A stretch of 38,025 bases of DNA from a virus (IMGVR_UViG_3300045410_000007:1-38025); one strand, 5' to 3'; positions 24,564-34,858 are shown, counted from the stretch's first letter. Notes: generated by a model from the letters alone, not told the origin. Translations and numbers: made by a program.

Positions 24564-25599
24564 TTACGCAGGTGCGGCACAAGCGACAGCGGTAGGCAAC
24601 TTAGACGCTGCGCGGCAGGCTCAAATCGGTAATATGGTCAATCAAGTCACCCCGCAAGGGAGTGTGACTTATAATCCTATCGGTCAAACCGATGGGGTTA
24701 CGCGCTGGCAGCAGACAGTAAACCTATCCCCAGAGCAGCAAGCACTGTATCAGCAGAACCAAGCTATCAATCAACAGCTTGGTGATGTAGCTGGGCAAGG
24801 AGTTGGTTACGTCCAGCAAGCATTAAATCAGCCGCTTTCGTTCCAAGGAATGCAGTCAATCCAATCTCCAGAGTTGATACAGCAACAGGCTAGTGATGCC
24901 GCATATCAGAATGCGACTCGTTATCTCGACCCGCAATTTCAGCGCCAGCAAGCGGAAATGGAGAATCAGCTATCGAATCAGGGTATCACTAGCGGTTCAG
25001 AGGCATGGAATAACGCCATGCAGCAGCAGGACATGGCGCGTCAGCAGGCATATGAAGGTGCGCGTAATCAGGCGTATCTGCAAGGTATGCAAGGATCACA
25101 GCAGCTTTACGGGCAGGGTATGGGAACGCGCCAGCAACAATTGTCCGAGGCTCAACTGTTGAGGCAAGACCCGATCAACATGCTGAATGCAGTTCGCACC
25201 GGACAGCAGATGCAAGTTTCTCAACAGCCGCAAGTCGGGATGAGCGCACCTGGTCAACGTGCTACGACTGCTGGGCCTGATTTGCTTGGAGCGGCATCGG
25301 CTACAGGTCAATATAACCAAGGCATTTACAATGCGCAATCTGCTAGCGACAATGCCCTGATGAGCGGGCTATTTAGCCTTGGTTCAGCAGGTCTTAAATA
25401 CTCAGATAGGCGGCTTAAGAAGAATATCGAGAGGATAGGCACTCATGCGCTCGGCATTGGCCTGTACGCATGGGAATATCTGTGGGGCGAGAAGTCTGAA
25501 GGTGTGATGGCTGACGAGGTAGAAACCGTTATGCCGGAAGCTGTGATTGTGCATCCTAACGGATTCAAGATGGTCAATTACGCCATGATCGGAGGCTAA
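24529..25599 (+). CDS. Ejection/internal virion protein with C-terminal S74-like chaperone domain
   Basis: PPPAPDY N-terminus, Q-rich, SDRRLKKNI...GVMADEV...VNY. Confidence 0.82.
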   Translation: MGSKSSPPPAPDYAGAAQATAVGNLDAARQAQIGNMVNQVTPQGSVTYNPIGQTDGVTRWQQTVNLSPEQQALYQQNQAINQQLGDVAGQGVGYVQQALNQPLSFQGMQSIQSPELIQQQASDAAYQNATRYLDPQFQRQQAEMENQLSNQGITSGSEAWNNAMQQQDMARQQAYEGARNQAYLQGMQGSQQLYGQGMGTRQQQLSEAQLLRQDPINMLNAVRTGQQMQVSQQPQVGMSAPGQRATTAGPDLLGAASATGQYNQGIYNAQSASDNALMSGLFSLGSAGLKYSDRRLKKNIERIGTHALGIGLYAWEYLWGEKSEGVMADEVETVMPEAVIVHPNGFKMVNYAMIGG

Positions 25600-25600
25600 C

Positions 25601-26785
25601 ATGGCCGGAATCTACGACGAGCGCATATTAGGCGCAAAACAACAAGCCGAGACAGCCAGAAAGCTGCGCGAAGGAATCTCTGTCCCGCAAGGTCAAATGG
25701 TATCTGGATGGTATGTAGCGCCGTCGATTACGCAGCATCTCGCAAATGCTTTGAAGGGCTACAGCGCATCAAAACAAGAGCAAGAGGCAATGTCTGAGTA
25801 CGAGGCCGCACAACAGCAGAAACAGACTGAAATTGATAATCTGATGCGGCAGGCGAATCCTCAGCAAGTTGCGACACCAACACCTGATCAGACTATGCAG
25901 ATTGCCGACCAAGGCCAGATGAATTTAGGCGCATCCAGCCCTTCCATTCAGTCGAGCGTGACCATGCAACAGCCTGACGAGAGGACGCGCATGGCGGCGT
26001 TGTTAAGGGGCGCAAGCGTTGCTCCTGATGTGTTCCAGCCTCAGTTGCAGATGGCGCAATTTGAAATGAAGCAGGCCGAAAAAGAAGAAGCTAGGAAAGC
26101 CGCCGAAGAGTTGAAGCGTGAACAGATGGCGCAAAACGAAATGCTGCGGCGGGAGGGATGGGAAAGAGAAGAGAGGGGAGATAAAAGGGCTGCCGCAGAT
26201 CGTGCTGCGCTTGCTTATGGGCTGGCTGGAATTAGGCAAGGAATAGAAAAGCCTTTGCCGCCCGGCGCTTTGAAAATGCAACAAGAAGGACTTGAAAAAA
26301 TAGGCGTTGCATCTTCAATCAATGCAGACCTCAGTGCTGTTAAATCGCAAATCGACAGCGGAAAATTGAATCTTGGAATGGTAAGCAACGCTCTTAATAA
26401 AGCTCGCAACGCAATCGGTATGTCAACAGGCGAGAGTCAGGCTTTGGCAAGCTTTCAGTCAACTCTGGAAAAGATGCGAAATGACTCATTGCGACTGAAT
26501 AATGGCGTGCAGACAGAAGGAGATTCTCAGCGCGCATGGAATGAGCTAGTAGCAAACATTAATGATCCGAAGGTGGTATCTAATCGACTCGCCGAAATTC
26601 AGAAAATCAATGAGCGCGGGGCCGCATTGCAGCAAATGCAAATAGACCAGGTTAGGGCGAATTACGGGAATCAGCCGCTAGATGTTTCTGGATATAGGAA
26701 TGTTCAGCCTGCAATCGGCGGCGTACAACCGCAATCGCAAGGCAGAGTTCGCCGATTCAATCCTGCGACAGGGCAGTTGGAGTAA
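25601..26785 (+). CDS. Putative ejection protein
   Basis: PQGQMVSGWYVAPS, GVQTEGD motifs; helical, Q/A-rich. Confidence 0.7.
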   Translation: MAGIYDERILGAKQQAETARKLREGISVPQGQMVSGWYVAPSITQHLANALKGYSASKQEQEAMSEYEAAQQQKQTEIDNLMRQANPQQVATPTPDQTMQIADQGQMNLGASSPSIQSSVTMQQPDERTRMAALLRGASVAPDVFQPQLQMAQFEMKQAEKEEARKAAEELKREQMAQNEMLRREGWEREERGDKRAAADRAALAYGLAGIRQGIEKPLPPGALKMQQEGLEKIGVASSINADLSAVKSQIDSGKLNLGMVSNALNKARNAIGMSTGESQALASFQSTLEKMRNDSLRLNNGVQTEGDSQRAWNELVANINDPKVVSNRLAEIQKINERGAALQQMQIDQVRANYGNQPLDVSGYRNVQPAIGGVQPQSQGRVRRFNPATGQLE

Positions 26786-26787
26786 TC

Positions 26788-28860
26788 ATGCCTCAGATTA
26801 TCGACATACCAGGGCAAGGCCAAGTCGAGTTCCCTGATGGGATGAGCGATGCGGATATTGTCGCGGCCATCAAAAAGATTTCTGCTCATAAACAAGAGGG
26901 AAACGCATTCCTTCAAGGTGCCGGCAATCTGTTAGCCGGAGCGGTGCGCGGTGCGTCTAACATCGGCGCAACCATTCTCAATCCGCTGGATGAGCAAGCT
27001 AGAGCACAGCGTAAGTCGCAAATCGAGCAGCAACTTCAAGCGTGGGGCGCGCAGCCGGAATCAATGCTGTATAAAACCGGCGAGATAGGCACAGAAATCG
27101 CGGGAACTGCTGGCGTGGGTGGTGCATTAGCTGCACCGATTAAACTGGCTGCAAAGGCTCCTGCATTGGCTCAGTCCGCTCCTGCATTGGGGCGAGTTGG
27201 TCAGGCTATCGAGTCGGCTGGTTTCAATGTTGGACAACCGGCTGCGACTCTTGGCGGGAAGACTGCAAATGCTGCGCTTCGTGTTGGCGGTGGGGCGGCT
27301 ACTGGCGCGGCTGCTGGTGCGCTATTAGACCCGAATGCAGCAGGAACAGGTGCGGCTATAGGCGGTCTTCTGTCTGGTGTTGCTGGGCCTGTAGTATCTC
27401 GTATTGGTGAGGCTGCTGTAAGGCGCTTATCCAAACCCAGCGGAGATGAAAGAATACTGCAATCCGTTTCTGCGGCTGATGATGCGGTTAATAAGGTTGC
27501 GTCTGACTTGGGCATAATGCCATCAGACTTGCCGCCTGCCACGGTAAAAATGATTCGTGACGAAGTGTCCTCGGCAATCAAGCAAGGAAAGCAAATTGAC
27601 CCTGCCGCATTGTTGAGGCAGCGCGAATTTGAAAGCCTTGGAATGCAGCCTCTGCAAAGCCAGATAACACGCGATCCAACCCAGTTCGCGCAAGAGATGA
27701 ATTTGCGGGGAATATCACCGGAGATAGCCGGAAGATTACAGCAGCAGAATGTTGCGCTACAAGGACTATTTGGACGGCCTGCCGCTGGTGCCGCTGCGCC
27801 TTATCAGGCAGGAAACCAAATCTCTGAGACTCTGCGCGGATATGACGTTGCGCGGCGCAGTAATGTTTCAAAGCTTTATGGCGAGGCGCGAGAATCGGCA
27901 GGGAAAGATTTGGAAATCCCAATGCAGGGATTGGCGCAGGATTATGTGAATGTGCTTGATTCTTTCGGGGATAAAGTTCCTTCCGGAGTCAGGAATCAGT
28001 TTAGAAAATTCGGACTTGAAGGAGAAAAACAAACAAAACTCTTCACCGTAGAAGAAGCTGATAAGTTGATGAAGGTCATCAATGCCAACGTAAGCAATGA
28101 CCCCGCAACTAATGCAGCATTGTCACAACTGAGGACTTCGATAAGAACGTCTATTGAAAGCGTTGACGAAAGCGGCGGGGTATTTGCGCCAGCGGTTAAA
28201 GCGGCAAAAGAGAGATTTTCAGAAATGGATGCAATACCCGCACTCAAAGCTGTTTCTGAGGGACGCGCATCTTCTGACTCGTTTGTAAATCAGTACGTGA
28301 TACGCGGAAAAACTGACGAGGTAAAGAGGCTTGCAGACTTGTTGCGTAAAGAGTCGCCAGAATCGTTTGTTCAGGCAAAGTCACAAATGGCTGATGATAT
28401 TCGTCGTGCTGCTTTTGGTGAGAATGTTGTAGGAGATGCGGCAGTTTCGCCAGAGCGTCTAGCTAAGAAACTGCGTGAAATAGGAACAGATAAAATGAAG
28501 GCGTTTTTCTCTCCGGATGAAGTCGAGAGGTATCAAGTCGCGTCTAGGGTTGCGGCTTATATAGCGAAGCATCCAAATGCGGCCCCTGTTAATACCTCGA
28601 ATACGCTGGTGTCAACGCTGATGCAGAATCCTGCGGCAAGGGCGGCAGGGAAGGTATTAGAGATGACTCCAGGAGCGGGAATTGCCGTAGGTGCGGCGAA
28701 GGCTGCGACGGGTGCAGTAAAGAATGAAATGACTGCCGCGAAGGCTATGAATGCCAAAGTGCCAACCAAGAAACTTGACCTCTCTGAATCGCAGCGCGCT
28801 CTTTTGGTCAAGGCTCTCGGTGGTACTGGAAGCGCGATGGCAGGTCAATTCGCACAGTAA
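26788..28860 (+). CDS. Large putative ejection protein
   Basis: VEFPDGMSD N-terminus, long Gly/Ala-rich hydrophobic segments. Confidence 0.72.
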   Translation: MPQIIDIPGQGQVEFPDGMSDADIVAAIKKISAHKQEGNAFLQGAGNLLAGAVRGASNIGATILNPLDEQARAQRKSQIEQQLQAWGAQPESMLYKTGEIGTEIAGTAGVGGALAAPIKLAAKAPALAQSAPALGRVGQAIESAGFNVGQPAATLGGKTANAALRVGGGAATGAAAGALLDPNAAGTGAAIGGLLSGVAGPVVSRIGEAAVRRLSKPSGDERILQSVSAADDAVNKVASDLGIMPSDLPPATVKMIRDEVSSAIKQGKQIDPAALLRQREFESLGMQPLQSQITRDPTQFAQEMNLRGISPEIAGRLQQQNVALQGLFGRPAAGAAAPYQAGNQISETLRGYDVARRSNVSKLYGEARESAGKDLEIPMQGLAQDYVNVLDSFGDKVPSGVRNQFRKFGLEGEKQTKLFTVEEADKLMKVINANVSNDPATNAALSQLRTSIRTSIESVDESGGVFAPAVKAAKERFSEMDAIPALKAVSEGRASSDSFVNQYVIRGKTDEVKRLADLLRKESPESFVQAKSQMADDIRRAAFGENVVGDAAVSPERLAKKLREIGTDKMKAFFSPDEVERYQVASRVAAYIAKHPNAAPVNTSNTLVSTLMQNPAARAAGKVLEMTPGAGIAVGAAKAATGAVKNEMTAAKAMNAKVPTKKLDLSESQRALLVKALGGTGSAMAGQFAQ

Positions 28861-28905
28861 AGCAATGCAGAATAGGAATATTACCCATTCAAAAGGTGTG
28901 AAGAA

Positions 28906-29271
28906 ATGAACAAAGACATCCAGCAATTCGTCGCCTTACTTTTCCTGTCGCGTGATTTCGCGCACAAAGAGCATCTTAACAGCAAATCGTATTCCGAGCA
29001 TGTGGCCTTGGGTGCTTTTTATGAAGGAATCGTGGATTTGGCGGATTCGCTGGTAGAGGCATGGCAGGGCCGTAATCTTGAGCTGATAGGAGAAGTTCCT
29101 ACGCTGAAATCGCCTTCCGGAGATTGCCTAGATGTGATTCGTCGCCATTTGGAAGTGCTGGAAGAATCGCGTGAATTCATCCCTGAAAAGGATAGTGCAC
29201 TGAACAATATCGTTGACGAGATAGTTGCTCTGTATCTCTCGACGATCTACAAACTGAAATTTTTGAAGTAA
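28906..29271 (+). CDS. DUF5856-like ferritin-fold protein
   Basis: AH..HL...SYSEH.ALG.FY...D...E.WQG and LNNIVDEI...YKLKFL. Confidence 0.75.
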   Translation: MNKDIQQFVALLFLSRDFAHKEHLNSKSYSEHVALGAFYEGIVDLADSLVEAWQGRNLELIGEVPTLKSPSGDCLDVIRRHLEVLEESREFIPEKDSALNNIVDEIVALYLSTIYKLKFLK

Positions 29272-29281
29272 GAGGTGAGAC

Positions 29282-30250
29282 ATGGCTCGTAATGGTTCTG
29301 GTACATACGTTCTCCCAGGTGCGGCTCTAGTAGATGAGCAGACAATCTCCGCAACTGAACATAATACATTCCGAGACGATGTTGCTACCGCGCTAACCGG
29401 CTCTATAGCCCGTGATGGACAGTCTCCGGCAACGGCAAATCTACCGATGGGCGGGTTTAAGCTGACCGGACTCGCCGCAGGTAGTGGAAATGGAGAATCT
29501 GTACGATATGAGCAGGTCGTTGGCGTATATGCAGTTCTCGCCGGTTCCGCATCGCAAACATTTAGCGCGGCTGCTGCTACTGCTGCTGCTAATGTTGTTC
29601 GCGCCGACCAGATTCAGATCAAATCCGTAACCGCGTTTACAACCGGAGGAACCGGCGGCGCATACACTCTCACACCAACCCCTGCAATCACCGCATACGC
29701 AGAGAATCAGGAATTCGACGTACTGTTCAGCGCGACGAACACCGCAGCGCCAACCATCAACATCAGCGGATTGGGCGCGACCGTCAACCTCGTTCGGCAG
29801 AACTACGACGGGACGCTCTCTAATTTGCTGGCGGGCGAGATTGCGAGCTCCACATACGGCCGCATCAAGCTGGCGAACGCGACTCAGGCGGTTGTGGTCG
29901 AGGGGCTGGATAGAAGCGGTTCGTGGACTCCGACGCTAACGAATGTGACAAACATAGATGCGTCAACCGCTTTCCGCTGCAATTTTAGCAAGACCGGAGA
30001 TTATGTATCATTTTTCGGCTTTGTTCAGATCGACCCTACAGCAGCCAGCGCGGTAGAGCTAGGAATATCGCTACCTATAGGATCGGCATTTACCGTCTCG
30101 TATGACGCGAGCGGCCAAAGCCGTAGCACAGCAGGGGAGGGCGGGTACATAAAATCAGATGCTACAAATGATAGGCTTTCGCTGAATTTTACCGCTACTG
30201 CGACAGCCAATGCGGGCCATTATTTCAGCGGCGGATACTGGCTTAAATAA
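29282..30250 (+). CDS. Tail fibre/spike protein
   Basis: MARNGSGTY...DVATALTGSIARDGQ..ANLPMGGFK anchor domain; GSWTPTL C-terminal domain. Confidence 0.82.
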   Translation: MARNGSGTYVLPGAALVDEQTISATEHNTFRDDVATALTGSIARDGQSPATANLPMGGFKLTGLAAGSGNGESVRYEQVVGVYAVLAGSASQTFSAAAATAAANVVRADQIQIKSVTAFTTGGTGGAYTLTPTPAITAYAENQEFDVLFSATNTAAPTINISGLGATVNLVRQNYDGTLSNLLAGEIASSTYGRIKLANATQAVVVEGLDRSGSWTPTLTNVTNIDASTAFRCNFSKTGDYVSFFGFVQIDPTAASAVELGISLPIGSAFTVSYDASGQSRSTAGEGGYIKSDATNDRLSLNFTATATANAGHYFSGGYWLK

Positions 30251-30256
30251 GGAGTA

Positions 30257-30409
30257 ATGATGATCGAATCTATCACTTTTGACACGGCGAACAACCGCCT
30301 GATCTACGTCATGGCGGACAGGCAAGAATTCAAGTTCACAGGGCGGATAGCGTTGCTGGCGATGTTCCCGAAAAGGTCGCAGGACGCTGATGCGATGGGG
30401 TGGAATTGA
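30257..30409 (+). CDS. Small hypothetical protein (50 aa)
   Basis: AAGGAG RBS; MMIESITFDTANNRLIY...; TGATG coupling to the next gene. Confidence 0.6.
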   Translation: MMIESITFDTANNRLIYVMADRQEFKFTGRIALLAMFPKRSQDADAMGWN

Positions 30410-30684
30410 TGGATGATAGGCGAGCAGACCAATGGCATGTCGGCAAGGAAATCCCTCTTGCCATGCTGTTTGCAATCCTTATTCAAACAGGAGCAGCTAT
30501 CTGGTGGGCCGCGTCATTCTCGGCAACTGTAACGACTAAGCTGGATGATTTGTCTAATCAGGTTGCCGCTCTTACTGCCGACAAATACACCCAGCATGAT
30601 GCACTTCGCGATCAGGCTTTGATGAATGAAAAAATTGATAACTTGAAACGGCAAATGGAGGATATGAAATGGCGCAGGAAATGA
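30409..30684 (+). CDS. Single-TM coiled-coil protein (lysis-module associated)
   Basis: WHVGKEIPLA + TM + coiled coil. Confidence 0.75.
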   Translation: MDDRRADQWHVGKEIPLAMLFAILIQTGAAIWWAASFSATVTTKLDDLSNQVAALTADKYTQHDALRDQALMNEKIDNLKRQMEDMKWRRK

Positions 30685-30815
30685 AAAATGTAGAAGAGCA
30701 GCGCAAGATTAACAACGGCGATGCGATGAACAAAAAGAAATATTCGGATTGTGTTGCGAAAGGTAAAGCAATCAACGCAAAACTGGCTGCAAAGATGCTC
30801 AGAGAAAAGAAATGA
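30681..30815 (+). CDS. Small basic protein (44 aa)
   Basis: ATGA overlaps on both sides. Confidence 0.55.
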   Translation: MKNVEEQRKINNGDAMNKKKYSDCVAKGKAINAKLAAKMLREKK

Positions 30816-31216
30816 GTAGCCGCAACCTAGAAAGCCTTACTCATTTCATGCGTGAGGCTGCTGAAAAGCATAAACGTCTATGCGCTGGAAAAGGTGTAGA
30901 GCTGCTGATTTACTGCACCATGCGAGATAACCATGAGCAGGATGCTTTGTACGCTATCGGTCGAACTGTGCCTGGTAAGAAGGTAACCAATGCCAGAGGT
31001 GGTGAATCTGCCCACAACCCAAACTCTAAAGGCTATTCTTCCGCTTACGACTGCTGCCCGATGATAGGCGGTAAGCCTATATGGGATACAAAGCATCCGG
31101 CATGGAACATCTTAGGAGCTTGTGGAGAAGAGGCTGGGCTTGTCTGGTCAGGCCGTTGGACTGGCAAGCTAAAGGAAATGGCGCACTTTCAAGATCCTAG
31201 TTGGAGCAAACCATAA
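30812..31216 (+). CDS. Endolysin, M15 family (L-Ala-D-Glu peptidase-like)
   Basis: R...EQ.ALYA.GR, VTNARGGESAHN, AYD, GLVWSGRW, E.AHFQ. Confidence 0.93.
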   Translation: MSSRNLESLTHFMREAAEKHKRLCAGKGVELLIYCTMRDNHEQDALYAIGRTVPGKKVTNARGGESAHNPNSKGYSSAYDCCPMIGGKPIWDTKHPAWNILGACGEEAGLVWSGRWTGKLKEMAHFQDPSWSKP

Positions 31217-31464
31217 TGGAATTCTGGAAAACACTGCACATCCGCTTCCTCGACTTCATTGATAGCCGTGCGGTTGTTCGCCGCTCTGTGCTGGCGTGTA
31301 CTATCTACCTGACAATATCCAGCACAAGCGAAGCATTTGCGTTCGCCAGAGTGTCTACGTTCGACGGACTCGGCACGGCAGCGGTAATAGCCGCGATACT
31401 GACACCTCTAGCTGCGCTTCAAGGATTTGCGTTCAGCGCCTACGCCAGTGGGAGGAAAGACTGA
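31216..31464 (+). CDS. Putative holin
   Basis: Two hydrophobic segments, located between endolysin and spanins. Confidence 0.65.
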   Translation: MEFWKTLHIRFLDFIDSRAVVRRSVLACTIYLTISSTSEAFAFARVSTFDGLGTAAVIAAILTPLAALQGFAFSAYASGRKD

Positions 31465-31886
31465 TGCCTCCAATCTGGGCACTTAAACTGGCTGGCGTAG
31501 CTATACTCGCACTTTCAGCATATGGCGTGTACTGGACTGTTGACAATGGTGGGTATCAGCGCGGGACGGCTGAGATTAGACAGCAATGGGCTAACGCCAA
31601 TGAAATAGCAGAAGACCAACAGGCTGCACGAATAAAAACTGCACAGGAGAAACATGATGCTGATCAAGCTGATATCAATCGCCTTGCTGCTGATGCTCGC
31701 AGGGTGCGCGTCCACTTCCCTACCTGTCCCGCCGCTCCCAGTGTCGAAAGTACAGACGGAGCCGGCGGGGTACTTCCAAACCGAGTGGATGAAGAGTTTG
31801 GAAAGTTTCAAGAAGAGGTTGGCCGACTTATCGAACGGTGCGACCAGCTCAACATCGACGCCATAAGACAGAATGAAGGACTTTAA
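31464..31886 (+). CDS. i-spanin (Rz-like)
   Basis: N-terminal TM, coiled coil, C-terminal Cys; contains an embedded lipoprotein ORF. Confidence 0.82.
   Translation: MPPIWALKLAGVAILALSAYGVYWTVDNGGYQRGTAEIRQQWANANEIAEDQQAARIKTAQEKHDADQADINRLAADARRVRVHFPTCPAAPSVESTDGAGGVLPNRVDEEFGKFQEEVGRLIERCDQLNIDAIRQNEGL
31654..31866 (+). CDS. o-spanin (Rz1-like lipoprotein), embedded in the +1 frame
   Basis: AGGAG RBS, lipobox LAGC, Pro-rich segment. Confidence 0.82.
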   Translation: MMLIKLISIALLLMLAGCASTSLPVPPLPVSKVQTEPAGYFQTEWMKSLESFKKRLADLSNGATSSTSTP

Positions 31887-32097
31887 AAAACTAGCTGCTA
31901 AGCACGGCCTCGCGTATAGCAAGGAACTAGATGCATTCGCTAGAGACATTGTTATAGAAAACGCCGTGCTGTGCAAAACGCATCGAGTCTATGCGCGTAT
32001 CGACAGTGGCGAAAAATACCTCGCACCGTGGATAGTCGATGGTGACAGGCATGATGGAGTTTTGTTTTCTGAGGCTATCCTTGCAACTCTGTCCTAA
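31873..32097 (+). CDS. Hypothetical protein, last rightward gene
   Basis: ORF track; overlaps the spanin end. Confidence 0.55.
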   Translation: MKDFKKLAAKHGLAYSKELDAFARDIVIENAVLCKTHRVYARIDSGEKYLAPWIVDGDRHDGVLFSEAILATLS

Positions 32098-32103
32098 ATG
32101 CGG

Positions 32104-32322
32104 CTATCCGCGCAGGCCGCTGCCGTCGGGGTCTTGTTCTGTGTGCGGTTCAAAAAAATTAAGTTTTGATGTATTCAGGTGGATTATAGAAAGCTCCGTG
32201 AGCTTCACTTGCGGCTTTTTCATACGCATGAACGTCCAGCGCCGCACCTCGCTGCACCGGACGCACTGAACCTTCGTCCCTTTCCGGTCGGCGTACAGCG
32301 TCAGCCATTTGTGGATGCACAC
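32104..32322 (-). CDS. Small Cys/His hypothetical protein
   Basis: CIHKW...CVRC. Confidence 0.55.
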   Translation of the reverse strand: MCIHKWLTLYADRKGTKVQCVRCSEVRRWTFMRMKKPQVKLTELSIIHLNTSKLNFFEPHTEQDPDGSGLRG

Positions 32323-32870
32323 GGTTTCACCTCGTCGGCCATGCGGCGCAGTTCGAATTCTGCCGAGTAGCCGGTTTTAGCGCATGTAAAGAATCGCGCC
32401 TCAAACCATTTTGCCGCTTCAAGCAGAGCATTCCTACGCACCTCCGCATCGTGCTTGTTGAGCCATTGCTGGGGGGATTCGGGGGTGGCGTTGAGTGCGG
32501 CGGCGGCTACTTGATGAACCCAATCGTCTCCGTTATAAGCGACATACTTCGACAGCATTCCCAACGCTTCCACCAGCATCACGTTCTTCGCCATCGCATC
32601 ATCCAACTGCTGCTGGAATTCCGGCGGCACGAAGCAAGTCTGGCCGGATAGCTGGGTGCGCAGGCGATCGTTCTCGATGTGAAGTTTTGCTAGCCTTGAC
32701 TCTAGGAGAGTGTCTGCCTTAAGGCTAGCCGCCGCCTCTCTGCGCAGACGCTCGTTCTCGGCTTTGAGTTCTGCGCCGCGTTGTTGATCTAGGGCCAACT
32801 GATTTTGGAGCATGTTTGCGCGCTGGACTTCTGCGTTGTACATGTCGATTAACTCTGGCACTTTGTTCAT
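32301..32870 (-). CDS. Coiled-coil hypothetical protein (Ea/Ead-like accessory)
   Basis: GGAG RBS; VRRNALLEAA motif. Confidence 0.7.
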   Translation of the reverse strand: MNKVPELIDMYNAEVQRANMLQNQLALDQQRGAELKAENERLRREAAASLKADTLLESRLAKLHIENDRLRTQLSGQTCFVPPEFQQQLDDAMAKNVMLVEALGMLSKYVAYNGDDWVHQVAAAALNATPESPQQWLNKHDAEVRRNALLEAAKWFEARFFTCAKTGYSAEFELRRMADEVKPCASTNG

Positions 32871-33796
32871 TTCTTCTCTCCTGTTATTCCGTGGGCGGCT
32901 TCGATTGCGTAGCTCATTGCCTTATCAATCGCCTCTCTCGGAGAAAAGCACGAGCCGCGTTTGTACTTAAATCGCCCATTAGTAAGTACTCCATTAACTG
33001 GGTGCATAAAGTCAGTGCAGTTTTCCAGCAGCCATCGAAAACGCTCTGCATCACGCTTGTCACCTAATTCATCACTCAGCGGCTTCTGCTGCGGGAATGG
33101 TCTTGCGTATAGAAGGCTACCTACACCGACACCCTGCCTCAAACACTGTTCTATGTCTGCCTCAAAAGACACTTGCAAGGTCAATGGAATCCTGCCTACA
33201 GGCTCCTGCTCCATTAGCTCCTGCTCAAGCTCTGCGCGCCGCGCATCAAACTTAGCCCTATCTATATGGCAGCCGCCGCTCCACAGTATCCCCGGCTCTT
33301 CTAACTCTCTGAGTAAACCGACTTCGCGAAGCACGTAAGTCATATCGTCAATATGACTCTCGATTATCGCGCCAAGACGGGCTGATTCCCTATCAAGCTC
33401 TGCGCGTCCAGCTTGCTTGCCTACTGATTCGCCACGTTCGTAAGCATAGGCACAGTCGATGGATATGCCGTGACACGCGTCAGAATGGCCGCGCTTCCAC
33501 TCTGCTGCTTTGATTGCGGCGAGTTCTTCTGTACCTGTGTTTTGGATTAGGTGGCATTCTGGGTGCTTTAGATGACGCAATAATTCGGCCTGCTGCGCTG
33601 CCAGCTTCTCGCGCAGTTCTGCAATCTCTTTGTCTTTCTGCTCGGCGCAGGCTTTCCACATCATCCAATGCAAATCAACAGTGGATACGATGTAGTCCCC
33701 ATTCACTCGCGCAAAGACTTGCTCAGGGTGATTAACTAACCTGAATCTTTCATACTCACGTTCAAACGATTCCCGCATCTTCGCTTCGTCAGTCAT
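32867..33796 (-). CDS. Mosaic hypothetical protein (Ea/Ead-like)
   Basis: RESFE..., EQEPV...LYARP, DAERFRWL...REAIDKAM, IEAAHGI modules. Confidence 0.75.
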   Translation of the reverse strand: MTDEAKMRESFEREYERFRLVNHPEQVFARVNGDYIVSTVDLHWMMWKACAEQKDKEIAELREKLAAQQAELLRHLKHPECHLIQNTGTEELAAIKAAEWKRGHSDACHGISIDCAYAYERGESVGKQAGRAELDRESARLGAIIESHIDDMTYVLREVGLLRELEEPGILWSGGCHIDRAKFDARRAELEQELMEQEPVGRIPLTLQVSFEADIEQCLRQGVGVGSLLYARPFPQQKPLSDELGDKRDAERFRWLLENCTDFMHPVNGVLTNGRFKYKRGSCFSPREAIDKAMSYAIEAAHGITGEKK

Positions 33797-33978
33797 TTCG
33801 ATTCCCCTTGGTTGCGGATCGCATCGGCTACGCGCTTGCATCCTTGCCCGGCATACTCGATGCGCGATGCATCGCCATGACTTTCACATATCTGCGCATC
33901 AATTTCACGCTTGCGCGCTTCGTCTGCGTTGTCGGCTTCGATTAGGTGCGATCCTCTGGTATAGCATTCAAATATCAT
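33793..33978 (-). CDS. Hypothetical protein
   Basis: ATG 33978 after AAGG; overlaps both neighbours. Confidence 0.55.
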   Translation of the reverse strand: MIFECYTRGSHLIEADNADEARKREIDAQICESHGDASRIEYAGQGCKRVADAIRNQGESK

Positions 33979-34210
33979 TGTCTGAACCTTTTTTCTTCGT
34001 GTATTTGCGAACCATTCCCGGTATTTTTCTGCGATGCCAATATTCTTTTGCCCGCGCAGCGTTGCATGATTTGCAGAGGCTTTGCCCATATGCGCGAGGA
34101 TGATTACAGCATTTTGTGCATAGCGTCCGGTCAACTTTAGCTACGGTTGGACGGTAGAACTCTGCCGGGTTAAACCCGGACGCTTGCGCAATGTCGTCGG
34201 CCAGGCTCAT
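33968..34210 (-). CDS. Small Zn-finger-like protein
   Basis: CTKC...CKSC; AAGGA RBS. Confidence 0.65.
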   Translation of the reverse strand: MSLADDIAQASGFNPAEFYRPTVAKVDRTLCTKCCNHPRAYGQSLCKSCNAARAKEYWHRRKIPGMVRKYTKKKGSDNDI

Positions 34211-34219
34211 GATTTTTCC

Positions 34220-34858
34220 TTATGCGAAGGTGAAGCGGTTATTTGATGCGCGGATATTTTGCAGCTTCGAGATTACTTCGTTTACTTCGTCCAGAAACTT
34301 CACAACGCCGGATCGGATCTTGTTCAACTCTTCATCGTCACGATGGAACCGAACACAGAGCAATTGCATATCTTCCGGCATACGCGGGTCATAGCTCACG
34401 AAGTCGCACCAGTCGCGTCCCGTGCATTCCATCTGCCACAGCATTTGATTGCGGTACTGTGCTGGAGCTACACCGCCTAGCAGATAGTCGATATGGGTGG
34501 CGGTATTCGGGCATTTGATCTCGACTAGCCCTTTATCACCTACCAGACCATCCGGGCTTGCTCCTGTCATTTTCAATTCAGGATGCAGGATAAAGCCGAC
34601 CTGATCAACGTCGCAGTTCAGGTGCGTTTCATACATCGCCCTTGCGATAGGTTCGTGGTCAATCCCCCATTGCATAGCCGCGCTGGTGTAGCTATCTTCG
34701 CAAACTCCGGTAAGACGTTCAGCAATGAGCTTTGCGCGCAGATTGCGGCGGGTAGCAGCCTCTCCGCCTGTCTTTGTGGTAGCTAGTGCATCGTTGATGC
34801 CGGAAGCCCCTAAAAAGCCCCTGCGCGCTTCAAACCACTCCGTAGAGCCTTGGATCAT
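34220..34858 (-). CDS. YqaJ-like (lambda Exo family) exonuclease
   Basis: QGSTEWFEARRG, GASPDGLV, EIKCP, QM.WQM.C. Confidence 0.95.
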   Translation of the reverse strand: MIQGSTEWFEARRGFLGASGINDALATTKTGGEAATRRNLRAKLIAERLTGVCEDSYTSAAMQWGIDHEPIARAMYETHLNCDVDQVGFILHPELKMTGASPDGLVGDKGLVEIKCPNTATHIDYLLGGVAPAQYRNQMLWQMECTGRDWCDFVSYDPRMPEDMQLLCVRFHRDDEELNKIRSGVVKFLDEVNEVISKLQNIRASNNRFTFA

